A stretch of 63,086 bases of DNA, counting the filler, from Aduncisulcus paluster (lineage: Eukaryota): the NCBI GenBank assembly GCA_024181965.1. It is 7 parts of 7 records of this genome, joined end to end, with 100 filler letters (N's around TTAATTAATTAA, not from the genome) between each part and the next. Parts side by side here need not be neighbours in the genome. Positions count along the whole stretch, not along the records: positions 29,098 to 35,128 come from BQXS01010945.1; positions 35,229 to 45,081 come from BQXS01010946.1; 5 more parts are not named here. One strand, written 5' to 3'. Of this stretch, positions 32,917-43,048 are shown piece after piece; positions within the stretch are counted from its first letter, which is position 1; the number at the start of each line of letters is the position of its first letter. The position numbers and the translations under genes are program-made. The notes under the pieces are model-generated. The model was not told where the DNA came from, did not search any database, and saw only the letters and a list, made by a program, of their open reading frames with translations.

Positions 32917-33160
32917 TATTGTTGATGTGCCAAAAACAAAAGCAAAAAATCGATTACTCTGTGAGGCATAATTTAAACTATTAAAATCAATTATCATCAC
33001 ATTCCAATGAATCATGTTGAAATTCATGAAATGATCAATGATACTAAAGTATAATACATCATAACTTGACACAAAACTCACCAATCATTTTTATTTCATT
33101 TTCAGAAAATGATTTTTTGCCGACCTTGTACCTTGAAAATGTCATGTTTCCTCCATCTAT

Positions 33161-35128
33161 TTACATCGATTTTGAAAAGAATATCCATTTTATCAGTTTC
33201 CATCCCGCCCAAACCAAGAATATAGTGAACAACGTGGATATACGAGCCAAAGGTCTCAAATTCACCCTCTTCTTTCTCAAAAACTTTGGATAATCTTCAG
33301 GATATTTCTTTTCTAGCAATTCAAGATTATGATTTATCAGTTTGGACAGCGATATAAGGAGATTTACCAGCCCAGGAATCTCATCATTCCTGATGGGCAA
33401 TTTGAGAATAGATGGTGTTGAAAAAGCCGAGACAAACCTTGACCTATCGACCGGAGACATCGTCAGCAATTGCTTAGATGTCAAAGAGCTTATGAATTCC
33501 GGATCAGAAGAGGCCATGACGACTTGTTTATGGAATGTACTTTTCCCGATTCGACTTAACCCGTGCAATACTTCCTTCTCTTCCTCTTCAATATCTCCCC
33601 TCTGAGGTATCACTTTAATAATTCCCTTGGTGACATCTGATTCTTCTATTTCTTCACCTTTTGTCTTGATAATTCTCGATAGTACTTGTAAGTGTTGGTG
33701 GATAGAATCAACAGAAATGGCGCGTTGAGTAGCTACGAACAACGATGTTGATGAGAAGAAAGTCGATATAAATAAAAGAACAATGCTGAAAAATACCCCA
33801 AAGAAATTCCCAATGGAAGAAGAAACAGAAACAAAATTCTTGGGCAAATACTTCATGATTCTTCCAGTATTTGGTGTTTCCAACTCAATTTTGCTCCCCT
33901 TTCCATGTCTTTTCCTCCATAAATTAACAAGTTTCAAATTCCTATGAACAATCGTTTGTGGGAAAACACTTTGAAGCCTTCGAACAGAATTCATGGCATT
34001 TGAATAGATTTTTTTAACAGACCCTACACAACAAGTAGCAAATTCGACATTCCTTGATGTTCCCCTTGCAACAATGACATCAGGAATGCACATTGAAAGA
34101 GAAGTAATAGCAACATTTTCTACCCCACAACACCCAATGGTCTCATCTTTCTTCAAAATATCGGAATCTCTCCGATTCTCCAAAAAGAATTGATTGAGAC
34201 TATTAATTGCACGAAAGTCTCCATAAATATCTTGAGAAACTCTCATGGCACCATCTATTCTCTCAATAAGTCCAATGATACTTGGGTGAGTGAGTAATAG
34301 GCTTGTTGAATGGAGAGATTGGATCAATTTGTCTTCACGATGACCCTGGGAGACATAACTGCCGCAAGATAATGAAGAAGAACGTCCAGATCCCGAGAGA
34401 ATTCCAGTCACATAAGTGGAAACATAGTCAATGGAGGAACTAATGATCGATAACATGTGCTGTGATGCAAAAAGAGGATATAAAACTAATAATCGAAGAG
34501 CTTCGAGAGGAGTTGGAATCGTGTCATGCTTGAAGGAGACAACAGATGAAAGCAAATCAAACGAATATAAAGTATTTGTGAACGAAGGAAAGTTCGAATG
34601 ATGAGCCAATTTAGGAATAGGATAAGAACAAAATCTTTCAGGGGATGAAATCGTTGAAGATGAACGTAATACAGGCATCGATGGCACCCTATCTATGATT
34701 TTATCTACCTCTTCCTTGGAACAAAACCCTTTCCTCTTTTCCAACCACTCTATGGCCTTGATTGTTGCTCTCCCACCAATCTTACGGGATTCCGCATCTC
34801 TCTCTCTCTTCTCTTTCCCCCTCCATAGCATACACGAAGACCAGAGATTGAGCAATAAATACACAGCGCCAAGACGATCCATGAAATGCTGCACACACAG
34901 ATGGGTCTGAATGAAGGAAATAAGTTTGGGAAGAAGAATGAATATCACAGGGGGGATCACAGAGAATCGTCTCGGCATTGAATGTAGCAATTCCATATAA
35001 GGTAAACTGAGTAAGGGCGATGAACTGTGTATTTTTGGAAGGGAAGATACTCTATACAGAGCAACAGCATGGAGGGTATCAGAAGGAGCATCAAGTGAGA
35101 AAGGCGTGTCAGGAAGGATATCCCGAGG
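33161..35128 (-). CDS. SMPD4 (neutral sphingomyelinase 3)-like tail-anchored protein (5'-partial)
   Basis: Frame is open to the contig edge. C-terminal PIRNDEIPGLVNLLISLSKLIN...RVNLRPLA plus TM resembles the SMPD4 family C-terminus. Confidence 0.6.
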   Translation of the reverse strand, partial: PRDILPDTPFSLDAPSDTLHAVALYRVSSLPKIHSSSPLLSLPYMELLHSMPRRFSVIPPVIFILLPKLISFIQTHLCVQHFMDRLGAVYLLLNLWSSCMLWRGKEKRERDAESRKIGGRATIKAIEWLEKRKGFCSKEEVDKIIDRVPSMPVLRSSSTISSPERFCSYPIPKLAHHSNFPSFTNTLYSFDLLSSVVSFKHDTIPTPLEALRLLVLYPLFASQHMLSIISSSIDYVSTYVTGILSGSGRSSSLSCGSYVSQGHREDKLIQSLHSTSLLLTHPSIIGLIERIDGAMRVSQDIYGDFRAINSLNQFFLENRRDSDILKKDETIGCCGVENVAITSLSMCIPDVIVARGTSRNVEFATCCVGSVKKIYSNAMNSVRRLQSVFPQTIVHRNLKLVNLWRKRHGKGSKIELETPNTGRIMKYLPKNFVSVSSSIGNFFGVFFSIVLLFISTFFSSTSLFVATQRAISVDSIHQHLQVLSRIIKTKGEEIEESDVTKGIIKVIPQRGDIEEEEKEVLHGLSRIGKSTFHKQVVMASSDPEFISSLTSKQLLTMSPVDRSRFVSAFSTPSILKLPIRNDEIPGLVNLLISLSKLINHNLELLEKKYPEDYPKFLRKKRVNLRPLARISTLFTIFLVWAGWKLIKWIFFSKSM

Positions 35129-35228
35129 NNNNNNNNNNNNNNNNNNNNNNNNNNNNNNNNNNNNNNNNNNNNTTAATTAATTAANNNNNNNNNNNNNNNN
35201 NNNNNNNNNNNNNNNNNNNNNNNNNNNN
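35129..35228. other. Artificial contig linker
   Basis: N44-TTAATTAATTAA-N44. Confidence 0.99.
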
Positions 35229-35331
35229 GTTAAAAATTAAAAGTAAAATAAATGAAATTGGATTATCAAGCGAGCCCAGAAGAAGTGAGAATCAAGAAAC
35301 CAGAACTATAGCTCCTATCAATAAGTCCATG

Positions 35332-36144
35332 ACATTCACAGATTACAACTATAACTTATCATCATATAATAAAACTTTACAATGCAATATGAGGAGGCAC
35401 TGTCTGAACCTGGGATGTATCTCCATAAAAACACCAGTGTCCATAAAAACACTCATCTGGAAGGAGGATGTGACTATGGAGAGCGAGAAGCGGAGGAAGA
35501 GCTTTGGTTTTATCAGCTTGGAGCTATTGACGGAGAGATTGCTGCTGAGTGAGGTGAGCTGAAAATCTCTCATTGAACTAGAGAATGACAAGATATTGGA
35601 GTTACATGACTAGATCGTGACATCTTTCGAAATTTCTATGGTATGAAGACGAAGTTCTTCAACGAGATTCAGAAGAGTCTGTTTTAATCATTTCTCTGCT
35701 CTCCTTTTCTTTCAGTTATTCTTTCCTAAATGGTTCGGTTGAGCACCCAAATGATCAAGAAACCAGAATCTATGTAGATTAATGGAGTGTTTCGATTATC
35801 TTCGGAAACAGCTGAATCGGACAATATCTCATCTCATATCCAGTGAATTATGCTACTCTAAGAGATGGAGTGTCCAACATCACACCATTGTTGAGTCAAC
35901 AACATAAAGCAGGATTATTACACCACTTGGAAGAAACACTAAGGATTCACTAACTCTCAACAGAGAATTTAAAACAAAAAAATCTAAAACAAATGATATT
36001 GCAAAATCAAACAAGCTCTGGAGGTGGAAAACAAGAAAATCAGACAAGTATAGTCATTTACCAATTAATCCACAACATCCACAGATTACAACTACAACTT
36101 ATCATCAAACAATAAAACTTTACAATCCAATATAATGCAATATG
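35332..36144 (+). repeat. Pair of ~60-70-bp imperfect direct repeats (35332-35391 and 36075-36144)
   Basis: CACAGATTACAACTAYAACTTATCATCAWAYAATAAAACTTTACAAT is shared, 743 bp apart. Confidence 0.85.
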
Positions 36145-36545
36145 TGAACAAAACTCGGGACTTAGGAAACGATTTTGTGTCAGGAGTGGAATGACAAGAC
36201 TGGTATCCAATATATGTTAGAAAGAAACCATTTATATTTTTTAATCGATATATTCTGCAATGTCATCTTGCATTGTTATTATACAGAGTTTTGAATTCTA
36301 AAACTTCATTTCTTCCTGTTGTAAAAGAAATATTGAAAATATTGTATGTCATAATTTTTCGTTAGTTAGATATTAACTTCTTGTCAATCCATAATCACCA
36401 TGTTTTATTCACTGGTTCTCTCGCTGGCTGTTTGTTTTGTTTTTGTCCTCATTTCCTCCATGAAACTCACTAAATTGTTCGATGATTGTGGTGTCACGAT
36501 TTGTTAAAATACCAAATAACCCTGTATTAATCAATAGGATTTTCT

Positions 36546-38045
36546 ATGGGTAATGTTTGCTCATGTTGTACTGATCAGATACCTACTTGGGAATACAGCA
36601 GCGAAGAACAAAGCAGTGCAGAATTCTTTTGGAATGCAGACCGGGTAGGTGCTTTTCTTAAAGTTCAAGATAGAAAGAAGCCAAAAAAAGAAGCAACGAC
36701 TCTCCCTGATGTTATTTTTTCTCCTCGTGATCCGTTCACTCTCACTTCTTCTTCAAAAATATCAACTCGGTGTGTTATTGGTCATGGTGGCTTTGGAGAA
36801 GTTCTTCTTGTTTATGTCGATGGGATTTCTGTTCCTTGCGTTCTGAAGAAAATGCTTCAATTTGCAGATGCTTCTATTGTTCGCGGATGTCGAAATGAGT
36901 TCAAAATACAACTCAAATTGTTTAACAATCCGAAATGTTTTAACCGTATTCCACGCCCTCTGTACATTCTTGACCTTCTTGATGTTGATATGATCGGTGC
37001 ATATGGATATATTATGGAATTTTGTACTGGAGGAAGCGTTAAGGACTTTGCAAGGAGTTGGTGTGTTGATGGTGAGTATTTGAAATCAAAGGATACTAGA
37101 GATGAGAAAGAAAGAGATGATGAATACTCCAAATTCGAATATTTTTCTGAATCCTCTCAGAGTGAATATGACACAATTCATTTTGATCCCAAGGCATTAA
37201 ACCCTGTGAAAGTCTGTTCATTATGTGTTGAAATGATTGAGTGTCTTGATGATGTGTTCACAGCCAAACCAAAGCTCATTCACCGAGACATACAGCCTGA
37301 CAATTTCCTTGTCCGTGTCGATCCCAAAGATGGAGAATGCACCGTTGTTCTTGGTGATCTTGGAATGGCGAAAATCCATCGTTCTGTCACCAGATTTTTA
37401 ACATACAAGAGTTTTTCCTCCTCATCTTTGCTCTCAGATCTTACTCTCTCTACTTCCTCCCCTTTCTGTGTTTCTTCCTCAATAAGCTCATCTTCTCAAT
37501 CTAGTTATCAATCATATGCTGGGACAATTGTATATTCCTCATTCGAAGGGCTTAAATATGGTGAACAAACACAACTCGGTGATGCCCATTCTCTTGGAAT
37601 GTCAATTCTTGCTCTGTTCTTGTGCAAACATCCTTTTATTGATCATCCAGCATTGTATAAATGCACTCAAGAAAGCCAAGAGTATGTTGGTATTGTGATT
37701 GATCTGCTTAAAGATGATGTTTTGAGCACAATGTTATCTCGTTCACCTGTCTTCAAATCACTAATGACCATTGAAGGTGGGAAGTATGAACCTGTACATA
37801 AATGTTTGAATGAAGTGTTCCAAGGTCTCACCAAACTCGATGTTAAGGAACGAATGAATGTTCATGAAGCTCGTGAGAGGGTTCAATCTATCAAATATCT
37901 GCTTCCAAAGATAGGGGAGGGTTGGAAATATCCAGATGTTGATCACATGATAAAAAAGTTTCGTTCAAAATATGGAATCCCAAAACATCCTCCCGAGCAT
38001 CTCTTAAAGCCTAGTATCTTGTCCAAGATTCGTGAAATATTATAA
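36546..38045 (+). CDS. Ser/Thr-type protein kinase of the expanded family, predicted N-myristoylated/palmitoylated
   Basis: GHGGFGEV, VLKK, HRDIQPDN, GDLG, GTIVYSSFE. Tail LLPKIGEGW as in the other copies. N-terminus MGNVCSCC. Confidence 0.9.
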   Translation: MGNVCSCCTDQIPTWEYSSEEQSSAEFFWNADRVGAFLKVQDRKKPKKEATTLPDVIFSPRDPFTLTSSSKISTRCVIGHGGFGEVLLVYVDGISVPCVLKKMLQFADASIVRGCRNEFKIQLKLFNNPKCFNRIPRPLYILDLLDVDMIGAYGYIMEFCTGGSVKDFARSWCVDGEYLKSKDTRDEKERDDEYSKFEYFSESSQSEYDTIHFDPKALNPVKVCSLCVEMIECLDDVFTAKPKLIHRDIQPDNFLVRVDPKDGECTVVLGDLGMAKIHRSVTRFLTYKSFSSSSLLSDLTLSTSSPFCVSSSISSSSQSSYQSYAGTIVYSSFEGLKYGEQTQLGDAHSLGMSILALFLCKHPFIDHPALYKCTQESQEYVGIVIDLLKDDVLSTMLSRSPVFKSLMTIEGGKYEPVHKCLNEVFQGLTKLDVKERMNVHEARERVQSIKYLLPKIGEGWKYPDVDHMIKKFRSKYGIPKHPPEHLLKPSILSKIREIL

Positions 38046-38369
38046 TGGTCTTCGCTTTGCTGATTGAAAGAGATTCAACTTGCCGCATCAAAATAACATA
38101 TTGAGAAGAAGACAAAATATTAAAGGAAGATTCATACATGCTTCATGCACAAAATTAAGTTCCTAGAGTTGCAATTATACCGAAAGAACTGTGAAAGAAT
38201 ATTTGAAAATTAAAATAATCAGCTTTCTTCGACATGAAAACCAATGAAAACAAAGAAGATTGTTTAAGTTAATAATAATAATATTTTAATTAAACTTTGA
38301 AATCTAATGAGTCATTTGCTAATGACATCCAATCTGTGATCATGAAGTTGAAAAAAGTTAAAATGGAAA

Positions 38370-38727
38370 CTTTCACATCAGTTCTTCACTCTAATATCTT
38401 CAAAGGGTGAGAAAACATCCAAAACTTTCCTAAATTTAAAGGTTATCATTGGTATTTCCTCCCCATTGATCTCTCTGATGTTATTCTGTGAGATTACTGG
38501 AAAAGGAAGAGATAAAGGAGCGAGAAAATAATATTTTTGAATCCCTCATTTTCTTTCGGAAAGAAACCATTGAAGAAATCATAGCTCGTGAATCCAATGA
38601 AAATCTTTGAAGTTCCAGGCTACAGAGTTCATAGAGGAAGGAGATGAAGAATCAACGTGGTGTTATGAAAAGAGATTGATGAATCTAAAGGATTCTATTT
38701 CCATTTCCACGTGATGATCCAAAGTTT
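38370..38727 (+). pseudogene. Decayed remnant of the domain family seen at 43049-44942
   Basis: Broken frames give FTLISSKGEKTSK, FPKFKGYHWYFLPIDLSDVIL, EITGKGR, LIFFRKET, PRDDPK. Compare FTFISSKHGEISMKYDFPE..WFLLPIDLYDVVQCQIEGVGR..LTFFRPET. Confidence 0.75.
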
Positions 38728-38943
38728 GACTTGAGATTAACTCATTTCAGTTAAATTTCTCACGATTAATTTGGAGATCTGTTTCTCTGTTTGAATACAT
38801 ATCCTTTTCAAAACAAAAATCAAAATAAATAAATTTATGTTCATTTTTTCAAAAAATATTTACTATCTTGAAAAATTTTAAAGAAATTGATAAAATAATT
38901 TTATCGAATAAATTTTTATAATTATTAAAAATTCGAAAAACGT

Positions 38944-39017
38944 GCCCACTTAGCTCAGTTGGTTAGAGCGGTACACTAGTAATGTACAGGTCATGAGTTC
39001 AAATCTCATAGCGGGCT
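38944..39017 (+). tRNA. tRNA-Thr (anticodon AGT)
   Basis: Cloverleaf: GCCCACT/AGCGGGC acceptor (one A-C mismatch), GCTC/GAGC D-stem, GTACA-CTAGTAA-TGTAC anticodon arm, ATGAG-TTCAAAT-CTCAT T-arm. Followed by a T-run. Confidence 0.95.
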
Positions 39018-39176
39018 TTTTTGTAATTCAATTGTTTTTCTGCTTCCTGCACGATTATATTTTTTATTTGAACTCGGAAATATATTTAATTTAATTTAAT
39101 TAATATGTAATGATACCAAAAATAACGTTTTACTAAACTGGAACGAAATCAGCAAAATCGTGTAGTTTATGACGAG

Positions 39177-41562
39177 TTACCTTCCATTTATCGGATCAAT
39201 TAAGTTAATAATGTAGTTTGTAACATAGGCATCGTCCTTTCTTCTCCGTAAAAGGGTTCTGATATTTGAAGAAATGGTCGAAATATTAAATAATTTTTTG
39301 GCGACAAATCCAGGATCAAACTCAGTAATTGAGGTAAATTTCATTCTTTTCGATTCGAAATCTGATTTAATTTTGCTTGGAGCATTAAAAAGCGAATGAA
39401 TATCAATAAATCTTGAGAATAAACACAAAAGAAGCATACCACGAGTGTTTCCAACCCCATTCGGTAATAGAGCAAGAGCATTCCAGACAATATCAGGCCA
39501 ATTTAATGGTGATCCCCGCTTAACTTTCCTACTTGTGTGTTTGGCACCTTCTGAAACCGAGGAAAAATGTTGAAATGAAGGATATCGATGTCCATTCAAC
39601 ACAAAGGGGAAATACTGTCCAAGAAGAAGACAAGAAGAAGAAGAAAGAAGAAGAAGAAGAAGAAGAAGAAGAAGAAGAAGAAGAAGAAGAATATTTCTCT
39701 TTGAAAGTTGATTGCAAATCTTTTCGTGCAAGAATGCATTTCTCCATTTCTTGTTCTCTAAAAATAGAAATGAGAAACTTATGGGGATTGAAATACTCAA
39801 CAGGGAGCGATAAACCACCCTTTGATTGCTTCTGTGTCATGAAATAAATGATCATGTCTAACAAACTGTCATTTGGAATGGTAATCAAATATTGAGAGAT
39901 TGAGATGTCATCTGAACATTTATCTGATATGAATCTATATATCTCATATAAATTATTTACCGTCGTACCAGTACTCTCACAATAAATGGATTTAGAGTGG
40001 TTTTTGGAGGATGAGGAGTCTTTTATGAGAGCTTGTGATGGTACAGAAAACCGTTTGACAAATGATTCTTCAAGCTCTTCAATCATAAGTTTAATCTTCT
40101 TTTTCTTCTCGGCCATTGAATCAGTAGATTCTTTTTTGTCACCAGCACTTTGAGAACCGTTTTGATTGATTGCCATACTCAATGGGATTCCTGTCAAATC
40201 AGATTCAGCCAAAGTTCTCAATCGCAATTTAAAATCATTGTTTGCATCAGTTCTTTTATCCATATATATCATAATATCAATAAATTGTTCTATAAATGGT
40301 GAAATATCAACATCTATATATTCAGAGTAAGAAATTCTAGTTCTAGAACAATGAGATAAAGAAGATTCAGTAGATCTCGCCAATGGTTCTTCAATTTGCT
40401 TCGAATCTTTCTGAGATACGGAACGAAGCTCTTTCTTCTTCTTTTCCTTTTTCTCTTCATGTGAGGTATCTTCCCCATCTCCCCGCTTTAGTTCTTTCTT
40501 AATAATTGACACCAATGCAGGGTGGCTTAGTGAATACATACAATTAGACAGAGATAAAAGCGGTTGGATAGTAATTGTAGGTTTAAGTCCGAGTCTTGGA
40601 GAACAGAGGAGATGCAGAGTTGTGAGAATTAGATCATTCACATTCCAATGGATGGAAAAAGACTTTATAATATCGATAAAATTTGGAAGAGAAGGAAGAT
40701 ATGACATGAATATGAGAGAAGGAAATTCTTCTGAAACGGAGTGACGGAATAGGCATAATGACATCATAAAATGAATAATAATCGAAACTAATTCATGAAA
40801 GGCCGTTCGAATCTTGGAATAAATACCATCTTTGGAGGTTTGCGGTGAGGATTGTGTCTTGGGTATAGAAGGAAAATGTGGAAGAAATTTGAATTTATAT
40901 TGGGAGACGACTTTTTCATAACATATGGAAAATGAAGGAGTTCTCAAAGAAATGTTAAGATTATCCATTTGTGATATTAAATGCTGAGATATGGACAAAC
41001 ATTCCAAATCAAATTGAAAAGGTTCAGATAAACCTGGTGAAAGTTGTTTCATTTTTTTGGCAAAGCATCTCTCTTTTGATATGAAATAAATAGATTCTGG
41101 TATCGATAAATGAATTGAATTTGTTGACACTGAACAAAATCTATCAAAACTTCGAAGATATTCATCACAATATGAATCTACAATGACGCTTTCCTTTGAT
41201 ATCCTTGCATCAAACTCTTTCTCATGAGAAGATTTGGAGCTCTGAGAATCAAAATCAGTCCTTTTTGGGAGAAAATAATTTCCCGAACAAGATTTATAGA
41301 GAAGATAATCTTCGTTACTCTTATGCTTATCCCAGTGATATTTGCTCTGTTTTCTAACCATCTTATCCATCGTTTCTCTGCGTTTTAAAGGAATTATCGA
41401 GTCATCTTCGAAAATTCTTTCCTTAATATCATTGAAAATTGGGAGAGATCGTCTTTTTGTGGAATGATTTAATAAACTTATAAATGCTTTATCGGATTCT
41501 TTGTCTGGATCCTTAAGGGGCGATTTCGACTCACATCGCCGTAATTCTTCCAAAGACATCAT
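39177..41562 (-). CDS. Hypothetical protein, probably one gene split by a 1-nt indel in a (GAA)n microsatellite near 39645
   Basis: The poly-Ser of ORF 39529-41562 continues in the frame of ORF 39177-39818 if one extra base in GAAGAAAGAAG is removed. Confidence 0.6.
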
Positions 41563-42020
41563 CTTATGATCTTTGTCAAGTATATTGTGAGAAATGCCCT
41601 AAATGGTTTATCGACGAAACAATTTAAATATTTTTAAAGATATGAGTATGTATTGTATAAAGTAAATGAATCCTATGATTCGATAATATTGGTATTTCGA
41701 GAAAATTGCATTAAACCTCTCAATAGAAGTGACCTTTCAAATTTAATAATATAATCTTTTGTAATTGTAAGCTTTAAATATTTCTCTTTGTTTATATTCT
41801 TTATTGTAACATTTCTCAAGGCTATAGAATAAACTGGCCTCTATAATGCAATTTGAACCTATAGAAAAAGATTCAAGAGTAATAAATATTTATGTGGGGA
41901 TGTGTTCTTCATCATTATTCACTTTAGGAAAATATTATTATTGTGTGCAAGATCAGATTCTTCACAACGATGAGACCGACGATTTTGTTACATTATCAAC
42001 GAGAAACCGACAAATATTAA

Positions 42021-42734
42021 ATGTACGGAGTTGCTATAAATCTACCCCCTGTAATGAATCCTCCTGATGAGCTTGGCGTCAAAGATGATGCCCAAATTGA
42101 AGCTGCAGCCAATGCCATGATGCAAATGGCCTTTTTCAGAAAAGTCTATGGTCTATTGACTTTTTGTCTTGGTATCACTGTTTTAGTTTGTGCCTTGTTC
42201 AGAGGAGCCACTGATTATGTTTATAATAATGCTTGGCTTATAATTACTGCCTTTATTGGTACTTTTGTATTTTTGATTACTTTATTCTGTGTTCACAAGA
42301 ACTATCCTGTGAATCTACTGTTTCTGTTTTTATTTGTTGGCTGTGTTTCAGTTTTATTGGGATGTTTGACTGCCTTTTTCGAGATCAGTGAGATTTTTGC
42401 TGCCGCAGCGATTACTCTCTCTCTAACAGTTGGTATGACTGTTATTGCCTTCTTAGCGTCTTTCGAAGTCATTCTAATGTACATTGTTATCCTTTTTGTC
42501 CTCATATATGCTGCCTATGTACCTATTATGTGGTTTTGGTGGGCTTTCTCTGGCGCAGAGATCGGATACTCTTGTTTAGGGAGCCTTGTCATGTGCTTAT
42601 ATATCATAGTTGACACTTTCGTCATGAAAGAAGAATTATCCGTTGACGAATGCATTATCGCTGTCTCCAAGCTTTTCATTGATATCATTTATTTGTTTAT
42701 CTTTATTCTATCTGTGATTGGAGGGGGAAGTTAG
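42021..42734 (+). CDS. Bax inhibitor-1 / Lifeguard (TMBIM) family membrane protein
   Basis: AFFRKVYGLL, KNYPVNLLFL, YIIVDT, SVDECIIAVSKLFIDIIYLFIFIL. About seven hydrophobic segments. Confidence 0.9.
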   Translation: MYGVAINLPPVMNPPDELGVKDDAQIEAAANAMMQMAFFRKVYGLLTFCLGITVLVCALFRGATDYVYNNAWLIITAFIGTFVFLITLFCVHKNYPVNLLFLFLFVGCVSVLLGCLTAFFEISEIFAAAAITLSLTVGMTVIAFLASFEVILMYIVILFVLIYAAYVPIMWFWWAFSGAEIGYSCLGSLVMCLYIIVDTFVMKEELSVDECIIAVSKLFIDIIYLFIFILSVIGGGS

Positions 42735-43048
42735 ACGAATCGATTATTAAATTCCACTTCTAGTTTTTTCTTTTTTTTATCTTCACTCCATCAATATCCA
42801 TGTCTTTGATTTAACGTTCCTTTGCCACAATAAATCGTCTGAATGTATTTTTCAATAATAAAGATTACTTCATCGATTAATCGGTATTATGATTTGATTT
42901 CAAATCATCAAAAAAAGTTGTTTTCTTGCTTGAGAAATTTTTTGTTTTGAAAGCATTCGTCATTTTAACAATCGACAAAATCAATTTTTTGCAAAAAGAC
43001 TTACTTCATTTAATAATATTATATTATATTCGTAATTAAATTTGTATT

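Noticed and set aside
9441-42734. Apparent calcium-signalling cluster (C2 protein, CatSper-like subunit, TMBIM)
   Set aside because: The three genes lie on different contigs joined artificially.
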